The position numbers and the translations under genes are program-made. From assembly GCA_963803435.1 (NCBI GenBank), contig CAWDML010000005.1, positions 64,001-128,000 of the forward strand: a DNA stretch of 64,000 nt. Reading direction: 5' to 3'. The notes beneath the pieces are model-generated. The model saw only the letters and a list, made by a program, of their open reading frames with translations, did not search any database and was not told the origin of the DNA. The stretch's first letter is position 1; the number at the start of each line of letters is the position of its first letter. This DNA is from an uncultured delta proteobacterium (GTDB lineage: Bacteria > Myxococcota > Kuafuiibacteriia > Kuafuiibacteriales > Kuafuiibacteriaceae). Below are positions 30,186-39,293 of this stretch, one piece after another.

Positions 30186-30719
30186 CTAGCGCCGGCCGCG
30201 ACCGCCTCCACCCTTCTCCTGCTCGCGCAGGTAGGCGAGCCAGTTCGACTTGTCGTCGAGGTCGGGGCGGTAGCCCTCGCGCTTGTCGCGCCGCCGTCCG
30301 CGGTTGCCGTCCGGGCGGTCGTCGGAGGGCTGAGCGTCCTCGCGGCGCGGGGGGCGGCGGCGCTCCTCGTGGGGCGCCAACATCTGCGCGACGCCGCGGG
30401 CAATCAGCTGGGCGGCCAGCTCGTCGGGGGTCATGTCGCTGCGGGCCGCGAAGTAGGCCAGGTCCTTCATGACCAGGGGCGCGAGGGTGAGCGTGACCTC
30501 GCCGCTGGGGACCTCGGCGGCGTCGGCCGGGTGCGGGAGCTCCTCGCCGGACTGGGCGGCGGCGTCGATCCTCTCCTCCATCGCGGACTCGGCCTTCTGG
30601 AGCGCCTCCTCGCGGGTGTCGGCCTCGACCTCGAGCTCGAGCTCGGGCACGCGGGCGCGGAACGCCGAGCTCTCGGGCTCGAAGCTGAGGAGGATCCGAT
30701 ACGCACGATCGTCGGCCAT
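30186..30719 (-). CDS. HicB-like protein (RNase H-like fold + RHH-like + charged tail)
   Basis: FRARVPEL..EVEADTREEAL...LPHPAD....SGEVTLTL matches the HicB pattern. Its stop is the CTAG flanking copy 3. Confidence 0.7.
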   Translation of the reverse strand: MADDRAYRILLSFEPESSAFRARVPELELEVEADTREEALQKAESAMEERIDAAAQSGEELPHPADAAEVPSGEVTLTLAPLVMKDLAYFAARSDMTPDELAAQLIARGVAQMLAPHEERRRPPRREDAQPSDDRPDGNRGRRRDKREGYRPDLDDKSNWLAYLREQEKGGGGRGRR

Positions 30720-30765
30720 GGGGTCGCACGCTCCGACCGCGGGCGGGCGCTGTCAACCGACAAAC

Positions 30766-32043
30766 TCAGTGTACCAACCACAGAGAAAGTTGCGGGACGT
30801 AGGTGATGATGATGAGCGCAAACAGGAGGACGGTGATGAACGGGATCGAGGCCAGATAGAGCTTTGGCAGCGGGCGCTGGAAGCGGAAGGCGCTCAGGAA
30901 GAGGTTCATCCCGACGGGCGGGGTCAGATAACCGATCTCGAGGTTGGTCAGGAAGATGACGCCGAGGTGGAGCGGGTGGACGTCGTAGGCGGCGGCGAGC
31001 GGCAAGATCAGCGGCACCACCACGATGATGGCGCTGAAGATGTCGAGCAGGCAGCCGACCACCAACAGGAAGAGGTTCAGCGAGATCAGGAAGCCGGCGC
31101 GGGAGTGGACGTTCGCCTGGATGAACTCGAGGATCTGATCCGGGATTAGCTCCAGGATCAGGTACTGCGTGAGGCCGAGGGCGACGCCGAGGATCAGCAG
31201 GATGGCGCCGACGAGGATCGAGCTCTTCACCGCGATCCGCGGGATGTCTTTGAAGAAGGAGAGGTCCTTGTAGAGGAGGCACTCGACGACGAGAACGATC
31301 AGGACCGTCACCACAGCTGCGTCGTTGACCGTGAGCTTCCCCGAGTAGATGCCGGACAGGATGATGATCGGGAGCGGGATCTCCCAGCGCGCGGCCTTCA
31401 TCCCCTCCCAGAGCGCGCGCGGCTCGAACGGGATGCGCTTCACCTCGGGCGTGCGCATGGCGGTGAACGCCGAGTAGAGGCCGAGGCAGGTCACCAGGAC
31501 GATGCCGGGGAGGAGCGACGCCTTGAAGAGATCGTCGACGCGGATCTCGGCGCCCGATCCCGAGGCGATGATCGCGAAGAGGATCACCGGGAGCGAGGGC
31601 GGAAACAGGAGGCCGAGCGAGCCTCCGGAGGTCAGCAGGCCCAGGCTGAACTTCTCCGGGAAGCCCTCCTTGGTGAGGATGGGGAAGAGCAGCCCGCCGA
31701 GCGCGATGATCGTGATGCCGGAGGCGCCGGTGAACGCGGTGAAGAAGGCGCACGCGATCACGCTGACGATGGCGATGCCGCCGGGCATCCAGCCCACGGC
31801 GGCGCGCGCCAGACGGATCAGGCGGGTGGGCGTGCCCGACTCGGCCATCACGTAGCCAGCGAACGTGAACAGCGGGATCGCGACCAGCGCCGGCGCGGAG
31901 GCGACGCCGCTCATCTCGATCACCAGCGTGACGATGTCGGTGTCGGTCGAGATGTAGCCGAGCATCGTCAGACCGGCGAACGCGACGAACAGCGGGATGC
32001 CGATGCCGGCGAGGACGACCATGAGGATCGCGAGGATGCCCAC
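30766..32043 (-). CDS. dctM: TRAP transporter large permease
   Basis: LVAIPLFTFAG, FTGASG, GSLGLLFPPS, NLEIGYLTPPVGMNLF; multiple TMs. Confidence 0.92.
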   Translation of the reverse strand: MGILAILMVVLAGIGIPLFVAFAGLTMLGYISTDTDIVTLVIEMSGVASAPALVAIPLFTFAGYVMAESGTPTRLIRLARAAVGWMPGGIAIVSVIACAFFTAFTGASGITIIALGGLLFPILTKEGFPEKFSLGLLTSGGSLGLLFPPSLPVILFAIIASGSGAEIRVDDLFKASLLPGIVLVTCLGLYSAFTAMRTPEVKRIPFEPRALWEGMKAARWEIPLPIIILSGIYSGKLTVNDAAVVTVLIVLVVECLLYKDLSFFKDIPRIAVKSSILVGAILLILGVALGLTQYLILELIPDQILEFIQANVHSRAGFLISLNLFLLVVGCLLDIFSAIIVVVPLILPLAAAYDVHPLHLGVIFLTNLEIGYLTPPVGMNLFLSAFRFQRPLPKLYLASIPFITVLLFALIIITYVPQLSLWLVH

Positions 32044-32044
32044 G

Positions 32045-32581
32045 TCAGATCTCCTCGCTCGGCGCGACGGGCGCGCGCTTGCCGAGCGCCACCAGCAGGT
32101 TGTTCTTCGCCGTCACCAGGAAGTGGAAGGCGATCGCGACGAATGCGGCCGGGATGACCACCAGGAACGGCCAGGACGGAAAGTCCTCGAAGAGGGTGGT
32201 GCCGTTCTTGATCTCGTCGTGGATGAAGGTGAGCGAGGCGCGCATCAGGATGCCCGCGATCACCGCGGCGGCCGTGCAGTTGAGGGTGCGGACCCAGGCG
32301 GCGAGGCGCGGCGACAGGAACTTCTGCGCCACGTCGATCGCGATGTGACGGCCCTTGTGCGTGGCGAGCGCGCCGCCGACGAAGCCGAGCCAGAGGACCA
32401 TCTGTCGCACCACGATATCGGCCCACTCGAAGCCGAAGTCGAAGAGGATGCGGAGGAAGAACTGGAGCGAGGCCAGGCCGATCATCACGCCGACGATCAC
32501 GACCAGGAGGACGCTCTCGGCTCGGCCCACCCAGCCGTCGAGCCGGTCGAGGAAATCCTTGGGCCGCGCTTCCGTCGCCAT
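32045..32581 (-). CDS. dctQ: TRAP transporter small permease
   Basis: Four TMs with W..FVGGALAT..GRHIAID. Confidence 0.88.
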   Translation of the reverse strand: MATEARPKDFLDRLDGWVGRAESVLLVVIVGVMIGLASLQFFLRILFDFGFEWADIVVRQMVLWLGFVGGALATHKGRHIAIDVAQKFLSPRLAAWVRTLNCTAAAVIAGILMRASLTFIHDEIKNGTTLFEDFPSWPFLVVIPAAFVAIAFHFLVTAKNNLLVALGKRAPVAPSEEI

Positions 32582-32589
32582 CGGCGTTC

Positions 32590-33603
32590 CTAGCTGTTGG
32601 GGGCCGGCTCCGCCGGGAGCGGCGTCTCGCGGAGGGGGTGCTTCTGGGGGAGATCGGCGCAGGACGCCGGCACCGGCTTGGGGTCGGTGAGGAAGAACTG
32701 ATCGATGTTGGCGAGGAGGCGGCACGCCTTGATCTTGGCGAGCGTCTCGAACACGCCCCGGTCGGTGCGGGGCTTCGCTGCGATCACCTCGAGGAGCGTC
32801 TTCTCGAAGTGCTCCTGGTTCTCGGTCTGCGCGTCCACGTACTGGGCTTCGAGCACGCGGGGCAGCAAGAGTCCGCTCTTCTCGGCCGCCAGCGCGAAGT
32901 GCTTCCGGGCCTCCTCCGGGTTGCCGCCGAGGGCGGGCGCGCGGAAGCCGAAGAAGACGGCCGCCATCAGGTGGGGGCCGACGCCGAAGAAGACGGTGTC
33001 GTCGAGCGCGATGACCCGGTCGGCCATCATCTCCACCTTGGGGAGCTGGACGGCCTCGGCCGGATCCAGGTTGGCCTGCATCGCGCCGCCCCAGTTGAAG
33101 GCGAGCCAGAACAGCGAGGGTGCGTCGTCCTCGTCGAGCGCCGCCAGCGCCTTCGCGAGGTCCTCCTTGGAGATCTCCTCGAGCCGCCGGCCCCCGATCA
33201 CGTCCGCCCAGTCGCCGTTCATCGCCAGCGCGCGCTCGGCGAAGGTGCGGCCGAGCGCGTAGTTGCGGAGGACGCGCGCCAGGAGCGGGCGGCTCAAGGC
33301 CTCGTTGCCGGGGAAGGCGAGACGCACCGCCTCGAGCTCGTCCTGGACGAAGCCGAAGGCGTAGTTGGCCCGGGCCATCGCCGCCATGTCGAGGAAGACG
33401 CGCTCCTCGGGATAGGTGGCGACGACGCCCTCGATGAGCTTTGCGTTCCCAGCCAGCGCGGACTCGGCCAGTACGATGTCGGGCTCCTCGACGAAGCCGT
33501 AGATGCCGTTCTGGAGGATGGGTTCCATGCCGGCCTTGGTGGCGCTCTGCACGAGGCCGCAGCCGAGGAGGAGGAGCGGGAAGAGGCTACTTGCCGAGCG
33601 CAG
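32590..33603 (-). CDS. TRAP transporter TatT component lipoprotein (start uncertain)
   Basis: Lipobox LLGC; YAFGFV, LFWLAFNWG and RAPALGGNPEEARKHF motifs; located between dctP and dctQ. Confidence 0.8.
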   Translation of the reverse strand: MRSASSLFPLLLLGCGLVQSATKAGMEPILQNGIYGFVEEPDIVLAESALAGNAKLIEGVVATYPEERVFLDMAAMARANYAFGFVQDELEAVRLAFPGNEALSRPLLARVLRNYALGRTFAERALAMNGDWADVIGGRRLEEISKEDLAKALAALDEDDAPSLFWLAFNWGGAMQANLDPAEAVQLPKVEMMADRVIALDDTVFFGVGPHLMAAVFFGFRAPALGGNPEEARKHFALAAEKSGLLLPRVLEAQYVDAQTENQEHFEKTLLEVIAAKPRTDRGVFETLAKIKACRLLANIDQFFLTDPKPVPASCADLPQKHPLRETPLPAEPAPNS

Positions 33604-34585
33604 CGCGAGCCTGGGCCAGGTAGTCGGTCGCCTCGAGGTTCTTGGCGAGCTGGGGCCACGCGCCCATTCCGACCTTCTTGAACTCTTGATACTTCGCATC
33701 CGGAATGGGCACCTGCTGGAGACCGCCGCCTGCGCCGATCAGTCGGGCCATCGCCGCCTCGTTGTCCTTGCGCGCCTGCGCGATGACCTTCTGCCCGGCC
33801 TCGAAGACGATCTTCTTGACGGTCTCCTTATGTTTGTCGGGGATCTTGTTCCAGGCTTTTTTCGTGAGGATGAAGCCGCCCGACGCGTACGCGAAGGGCT
33901 TACCGGACATATATCCGAGGTCTCCGGTCCATCCGAGGGCGACGGCGCCGGCCGGCGGCGCGTAGACGGTGTCGATCCCGCCCGACTTGAGCTGCTGAAC
34001 CACCGTGAGGATGTCGAGCGGCCGCGGCGAGACGCCGAACACCTTGAAGGTGTCGGAGGCGACCTGATCACCCTCCCATACCCAGAGCTTCGCGCTGCGC
34101 AGCTCCTCGACGCTCTTGATCGGCGATTTGCTGAAGACGTAGACCATCCCGGTCTCGCCCGGGCCCAGGAGCACGTATTCGGTCTTATCCTGGAAGGCCC
34201 TCTCGAAGGCCGGCCACAGCGCCGCGCGCACCTTGTCGGCATCGGCGTAGCTCTCGACCAGGAAGGGCAACTCCTGAACTCGGAAGGCCGGGAGGATCAG
34301 GCCGACGCCCTGGCCGGTGAAGAAGGCGCCGTCGAGCCCATGCCCGAGCTTCTTCGCGACCTTGGCCTCATCGCCGAGCTTGCCGCCCAGGTAGAGCTGG
34401 AACTGGACCTCGCCGTTGGTGGCCTTTTTGACGTCGCCGGCCAGCGCCTGGATCAGCTTGCCCCAGGCGCTGTCGGTGGGGGCGAGGGAAGCCAGACGGA
34501 GTGTTTCGGCCCGGGCAGGGAGCGCCGTGAACGCGAAAGCCAGGGTGGTCGCGGCCAGCAAGGCCGTGTTCGTCCGTGTCGCCAC
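33587..34585 (-). CDS. dctP: TRAP transporter substrate-binding protein
   Basis: Signal peptide, LRLASLAPTDSAW, YLGGKLGDE, ELPFL, KLWVWEGD. Confidence 0.9.
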   Translation of the reverse strand: MATRTNTALLAATTLAFAFTALPARAETLRLASLAPTDSAWGKLIQALAGDVKKATNGEVQFQLYLGGKLGDEAKVAKKLGHGLDGAFFTGQGVGLILPAFRVQELPFLVESYADADKVRAALWPAFERAFQDKTEYVLLGPGETGMVYVFSKSPIKSVEELRSAKLWVWEGDQVASDTFKVFGVSPRPLDILTVVQQLKSGGIDTVYAPPAGAVALGWTGDLGYMSGKPFAYASGGFILTKKAWNKIPDKHKETVKKIVFEAGQKVIAQARKDNEAAMARLIGAGGGLQQVPIPDAKYQEFKKVGMGAWPQLAKNLEATDYLAQARAALGK

Positions 34586-34695
34586 GGCCGCGGACTGTAC
34601 CGACCGGCCTCCGACGTGGGCAACTGATTGTCGACATGCATTTCGCCATCTGCCCAATTTGACTTGGAGTTTTCCCAGGTTTAGGCAGCGTGTTG

Positions 34696-35649
34696 ATGGC
34701 GAGCAAGAAGCCGAAGAAGAAGGCTGCGAAGACAGCGCCCGCGAAGAAGGCGCCGGCGAAGAAATCCGCGAAGAAGAAGAAGAAGAAGGCTGCGGCGAAG
34801 GCGCCGGCGAAGAAGAGCGCCGCGAAGAAGAAGAAGAAGACTGCGGCGAAGAAGACCGCGGCGAAGAAGACCGCGACCAAGAAGGCCGCGAAGAAGAAGA
34901 AGGCCGCGCCCAAGAAGGCTGCGGCGAAGAAGTCGGCGAAGAAGTCGGCGAAGAAGTCGGCGAAGAAGACGGCGAAGAAGTCCGCGAAGAAGAAGGCCGC
35001 AGGTCGCGCCCGCGCCGCCGCGCCGAAAGAGACGGCGAAGAAGAAGTCGAAGCGCAGCGGCAAGCGAACGCCGCCGCCACCGCCCAAGCCGAGGCCTGAG
35101 CGCGAGGCGCGCGGGGCCAAGCCCGATCGTCCGAACCGCGAAGCGGAGATCGAAGCCGCCGCCCTCGACCTCGAAGTGGCCGACGTCGATCTGGTGGACG
35201 AGGTCGAAGAGGCCGACGTCCTCGTGATCGAAGAAGAAGATGAGGCCGACGAGGACGACGAGGACGACGACGACGACGAACCGTTCGAGGGCGAGGCGAT
35301 GCAGCGGCGCAAGCGTCCGAGCACGTCGCTTCCGCCCGACCATGAGATCCTCAATCCGGGTCCGCTCCGCGGTGAGCCCGTCGACAAGGGCACCGTGATC
35401 GAGGCCGTCCGGGCCGCCTTCCGAGCCGACGAGGAGCATCCGGTGCGGGGCCGCGAGTTCCTGGGCCCGCGCACGCCGCTCGATCTGCCCAAGGAGGGCG
35501 ACGTCGACTACGCGCGAGCGGTGGAGTCGCAGCGCGCGGCTGCCGAAGTCCTGGCCCGGGCCGAGCTCGCGGGCGAGGAGCGAAAGGCCGTCGACGAGCG
35601 CATCGCCGAGGTCTACGCCGGCGCCGCCCGCAACTTCGACGACGAGTGA
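34696..35649 (+). CDS. Histone H1-like Lys/Ala-rich protein with an acidic tract
   Basis: About 115 aa of AAKK/SAKK/PAKK repeats, then EEEDEADEDDEDDDDDE and a C-terminal helical region. Confidence 0.75.
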   Translation: MASKKPKKKAAKTAPAKKAPAKKSAKKKKKKAAAKAPAKKSAAKKKKKTAAKKTAAKKTATKKAAKKKKAAPKKAAAKKSAKKSAKKSAKKTAKKSAKKKAAGRARAAAPKETAKKKSKRSGKRTPPPPPKPRPEREARGAKPDRPNREAEIEAAALDLEVADVDLVDEVEEADVLVIEEEDEADEDDEDDDDDEPFEGEAMQRRKRPSTSLPPDHEILNPGPLRGEPVDKGTVIEAVRAAFRADEEHPVRGREFLGPRTPLDLPKEGDVDYARAVESQRAAAEVLARAELAGEERKAVDERIAEVYAGAARNFDDE

Positions 35650-35678
35650 TCGGAACGAGGGTCGAGGGCCCCGCCGGG

Positions 35679-35713
35679 GCTCTCAGCTCTTGGCTCTCAG
35701 CTCTCGACTCTCC
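35679..35713. repeat. Five degenerate heptamers (GCTCTCN)
   Basis: gctctca gctcttg gctctca gctctcg actctcc, overlapping the stop of the FrgA-like gene. Confidence 0.6.
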
Positions 35714-38562
35714 TGATTCGAGTTCCACCAGTCGAGCCAGCGCTGGCGCGATTCTTCGCGCTGCCGCTTGGGTGCGTCATCGTCGTAGCCCATGTCGAGA
35801 CCAGTGACGGCGCGTAGCTCCTCCGCCGCGCTCTTCCGCAGCACCGCGTCCTTGGCGGTGAGGCCGTCGATCAGCCAGACGATGCGCGACTTGTCGCGGT
35901 TCTTCGTCCACCAGGCCCGCCACTTCTTCGCGCTCGGCCCGAACCGCTGCTTTGTGATCTCCGCGAGGGCGTCCTCGGCGACCTCGTACATCGACTTTTC
36001 TTTGCGATCGAAGACCTCGATCAGGTTCGGGATCGCGGTGACGTCGCGGAAGAGTCCGATCAGATAGGTGGCGTGGCGCCGCGCGGTCACGGAGCTGGCC
36101 TCGAGTCGGCCGTGGAGGTGATCGAGGACCCGACCGAACTCCGGGTGCTCTCGATAGGAGAAGAGGGTTCGCGCCGCCAGGAGAGAGACGCGGGTCTCCT
36201 CGTCGTGCAGCCGCTGGATCAGCTTCGGGATCGACTCGGGCACGAAGACCGACGAGTAGAAGTAGACGGCGAAGAAGCGGCGGATCGGCTCCGGCGCGTC
36301 GAGGCGCCGGACCATGTGGAGATGAGACTCCGCGCCGAAGTGCGCGACCAGCCACGGGAGCACACCACACTCGGCGAAGCGAGGCAGTGGCAGCGCGGTC
36401 GCGAACGGGTCGACCTCGAGGACCCCCGGAAAGACCTCGGCGACCCGGGGGAGGACGTCCACCCCCAGCGCCCGCAGCCGTTCCAGCGCGGCCTTGCGCT
36501 CCTCGCGGTTGGCGCTGAGCACCTGGTCGATCAAGAGATCGAGCTCGGAGCGCCCCGCCCCGCCGTCGGGCCGCGGGAGGTCGCCCGTGATGACCACGTT
36601 CCCGTTTTGATCGACGGCGCGATCGTGGTGCGACTCGATCTCGCTGTTGGTGGACAGCACGTTCGGATCGATCGAGCGCGCCCCATAGCTCGCGGTGGAC
36701 CGCTGGGTGAGCGGCACCGGCTCGGTCGGATCGCCCAGGATGATGGGCGCGGGATCGGGCGGGAAGTCCTCCGCGCGGATCGTGCTGTGCACGCCAGGCG
36801 AGAGCGGCATCGGCTCATCGGAGGGGAGCGCTGCCCGCTCGAGGACCTCGGGCGGCAGGGCGCGCGGGCGGACGATGTCGCTGGCGGCCCGAATCCAGGC
36901 CTCGGCAGAGAGGTCGGGCACGGTGATGTCCTCGCCGAGGGACTCGCGCATGGCCATGAGCTCCCGGTGACCGCGCTCCACCCAGCGCTCCGCCTCGGTG
37001 GGATCGCGGGCGCCGCCGAACTCGTCCCAGGGCTGGACCTGGACGTCGTCCCAACCCTCTTCGGCCTCCATGAGCTGCGCCTTCGGCTGATCGAGCTCGC
37101 GAAGCTCGTCGAGCAGCGCGCCTCCGTCCGCATGCTCCGCAATCACGGCTCCGGCGAAGGCGTCCTCGGGGATGGGCTCGGGGAGGTCGAAGGTCGGAGC
37201 GATGTCGACGCTGTCCCAGCCCTCCTCGTCGTCGGCCGCCTGCGGCGCGAACGAGGCGGCCATCGCATCGGTGGAGTCGGCGGGCTGGGCATCCTCGGCG
37301 ACGAGCGACTCGAGCGTGTGCTCCGGGAGGTCTTCAGGCTCGGTGAGCTCGATCGGCTCCTCGAGCTCGATCGGCTCGGCGAGGTCGATCGACTCGGACT
37401 CGTCTTCGTCTTTCTTGCGGACATAGGCGTACTCGGTCGACGCCTCGCCGCGGACGACCTCCATCGGCGGCACCGGCGTGAGCTCGGCCTCCTTCTGCAT
37501 GCGTCCCAGGGGCAAGACCGGGCGTGCGCTCAGCTCGCTGATCGACTCGGCCTTCTTCCGGATCAGCAGCGACTCGAGGGCGCCTTGGACGTGAGTGGTG
37601 AAGAGCATCAGGTCGGCGGCGAGACGCGGCGCGATCGTCTCCGAGCCGTTCTCGCCGTAGAGCAGAGCGACCGTTCGGCTTCGGATCCGGATCGGCACGA
37701 TCAGGACGGCGCGTGGCTCGGGACGAGCGAGCCGCTCCAGAAACTCGACGTGGAGCGGATCCGATGGGAGCGGCCCGAGATAGTGCGCCTGGGTGTCGAG
37801 CACCACCCGAAAGGCCGAGTCGGCCTTCAGCGGGATGGGCAGCTTTGGGACCTGCTCCGAGCCGGGGCCGAGACCCATCCAACCCTCCACGTGGTCGGAG
37901 TGCACGATGAACAGCGCCACCAGTTGCAGGTCGTTGATGGCGTAGCGGAGCGTGGTCTCCGCGATCTCGTCGCGATGCCTGGCTTCGCGGAGCGCGTTGA
38001 CCGCTTCGCCAAACGGCAGTGGATCGGTGCTCGGGACGACCGGCTCGACGACCTTCTCGGGCGTGTCGACCGCGACCGAGATGGTCCCGTGCTTCTCGAT
38101 GAGGGCGGCCAGACGATCGGGAGGTTCGGCGTCGTACAACAGATCGAGGCGCTGCGCGACGCGGAACTCAGGCGCGAGCAAAGGATCGATCTCGAGCTCG
38201 AGCAGCTCGCCGAGGCGCGCGATCAGATTGAGGTCGGCGGGCGCGGGCGTCAGCACCGTCATCGCGCGCGTGGCGGCGTCAGTGGTGAGCGGCGCCAGCA
38301 TGTGCTTCTTCGCCCACTGCTCGGGAAACGCGCGGAGCACGCGCGGGTCGGCGGGGGCGCTGGCGCGATCCGGTGAGGCGGCGGCGAGCCCGTAGGCCCG
38401 GCCCATCGCGTCGACCACGTCCTGCTCGGAGACCAGCCCCAGCTCGAGGAGCGAGGTATCGAGCGCGCCGCCCTGCTGGACCTGGCGCTCCATGGCCTCC
38501 GCCGCCTGCTCGGGCGTCAAGATCCCTTGCTCCACCAGAGTCTTGGTCAGGCGTTCCGGCAC
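35683..38562 (-). CDS. FrgA-like protein: MshEN/T2SSE_N + GAF-like + acidic linker + HEAT repeats
   Basis: RLTKTLVEQGILT...ERQ...LDTSLLELGLVSE is a degenerate MshEN motif. Also LIVPIRIRSRTVALLYGE and HEAT repeats ending RFG.SAKKWRAWW. Confidence 0.75.
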   Translation of the reverse strand: MPERLTKTLVEQGILTPEQAAEAMERQVQQGGALDTSLLELGLVSEQDVVDAMGRAYGLAAASPDRASAPADPRVLRAFPEQWAKKHMLAPLTTDAATRAMTVLTPAPADLNLIARLGELLELEIDPLLAPEFRVAQRLDLLYDAEPPDRLAALIEKHGTISVAVDTPEKVVEPVVPSTDPLPFGEAVNALREARHRDEIAETTLRYAINDLQLVALFIVHSDHVEGWMGLGPGSEQVPKLPIPLKADSAFRVVLDTQAHYLGPLPSDPLHVEFLERLARPEPRAVLIVPIRIRSRTVALLYGENGSETIAPRLAADLMLFTTHVQGALESLLIRKKAESISELSARPVLPLGRMQKEAELTPVPPMEVVRGEASTEYAYVRKKDEDESESIDLAEPIELEEPIELTEPEDLPEHTLESLVAEDAQPADSTDAMAASFAPQAADDEEGWDSVDIAPTFDLPEPIPEDAFAGAVIAEHADGGALLDELRELDQPKAQLMEAEEGWDDVQVQPWDEFGGARDPTEAERWVERGHRELMAMRESLGEDITVPDLSAEAWIRAASDIVRPRALPPEVLERAALPSDEPMPLSPGVHSTIRAEDFPPDPAPIILGDPTEPVPLTQRSTASYGARSIDPNVLSTNSEIESHHDRAVDQNGNVVITGDLPRPDGGAGRSELDLLIDQVLSANREERKAALERLRALGVDVLPRVAEVFPGVLEVDPFATALPLPRFAECGVLPWLVAHFGAESHLHMVRRLDAPEPIRRFFAVYFYSSVFVPESIPKLIQRLHDEETRVSLLAARTLFSYREHPEFGRVLDHLHGRLEASSVTARRHATYLIGLFRDVTAIPNLIEVFDRKEKSMYEVAEDALAEITKQRFGPSAKKWRAWWTKNRDKSRIVWLIDGLTAKDAVLRKSAAEELRAVTGLDMGYDDDAPKRQREESRQRWLDWWNSNQESRELRAKS

Positions 38563-38614
38563 TCTTACCCCTTTCCGCTTTTCCAACAGATTCGGAGTCC
38601 GCACAATCCCGGGC

Positions 38615-39256
38615 GTGTGGCCGGCGCTCTGGATCGGGCTCGCCCTGAGCGCCCCCCCGGCCGAGGCCGAGTCTCGGCTGGTCGAGGTGGCCGTCCGCGC
38701 GAAACGAGCCGGAGACGCCGCCCTCACCCGAAAGGCCCTCCGCGGCTGGGCCACGCTGCGCCGGCATCCTCAGCTCCCGGCGGGTCTCGAGCCCGAGGCC
38801 GCCGATGCGACGGCCTGGGCGGCCGGCGCCGGTCAGCTCCGGATCTATGGATCGCGCCTACCCGACCGGGTCCGCGTCGGCGTGGACGATCCGGCGGCGC
38901 TGGTCGGACGCCTCGACGTCTCCATCGCCGCGGCGGGCGGTTGGGCGCGTCTCACCCGCGCCCGTGTCGAAGCCGCGGGGAGAAACGAATACACGCTGCC
39001 GGTGGGCGACCGGGAGATCCTCATCGAGGCGGTGATGACCGACTACGGACCGGAGGTCGTCCTGCGGCGGTCGATCCTGGCGCCGCCGTCGCGTGCGCTC
39101 CCTCCGCCGAAGCCGGCTCCCAAGACCGCCGCCGCCCCGCCCGCCCTGGTCCCCGGAGCGCCCACGGCCCCGGCCGCGCCCTGGTGGTGGATCGCGCTGG
39201 GCGTGGCGTGCGCGGGTCTCGCGGGTGTGGCGATCTATCAAGAGGCGAAGCGGTAA
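38615..39256 (+). CDS. Exported hypothetical protein with C-terminal TM anchor
   Basis: Signal-like N-terminus, Pro-rich linker, PWWWIALGVACAGLAGVAIY anchor. Confidence 0.6.
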   Translation: MWPALWIGLALSAPPAEAESRLVEVAVRAKRAGDAALTRKALRGWATLRRHPQLPAGLEPEAADATAWAAGAGQLRIYGSRLPDRVRVGVDDPAALVGRLDVSIAAAGGWARLTRARVEAAGRNEYTLPVGDREILIEAVMTDYGPEVVLRRSILAPPSRALPPPKPAPKTAAAPPALVPGAPTAPAAPWWWIALGVACAGLAGVAIYQEAKR

Positions 39257-39270
39257 CGAGCGAAGCGACA

Positions 39271-39288
39271 ACGCGAATCAATTCGCGT
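39271..39288. terminator. Hairpin between convergent genes
   Basis: ACGCGAAT-CA-ATTCGCGT, between stops at 39256 and 39294. Confidence 0.4.
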
Positions 39289-39293
39289 CGACT

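Larger units (their letters stand above)
28810..30189 (+). mobile_element. Copy 3 of the IS1182/four-helix-bundle element (1380 bp, transposase internally deleted)
   Basis: CTAG-bounded with ~66-bp imperfect TIRs. Full-length four-helix-bundle gene plus a divergent transposase with its middle missing. Confidence 0.92.

Noticed and set aside
34681-35439. Minus-strand Phe/Leu/Arg-rich repeat ORFs
   Set aside because: Antisense reading of the Lys/Ala repeats of the H1-like gene.
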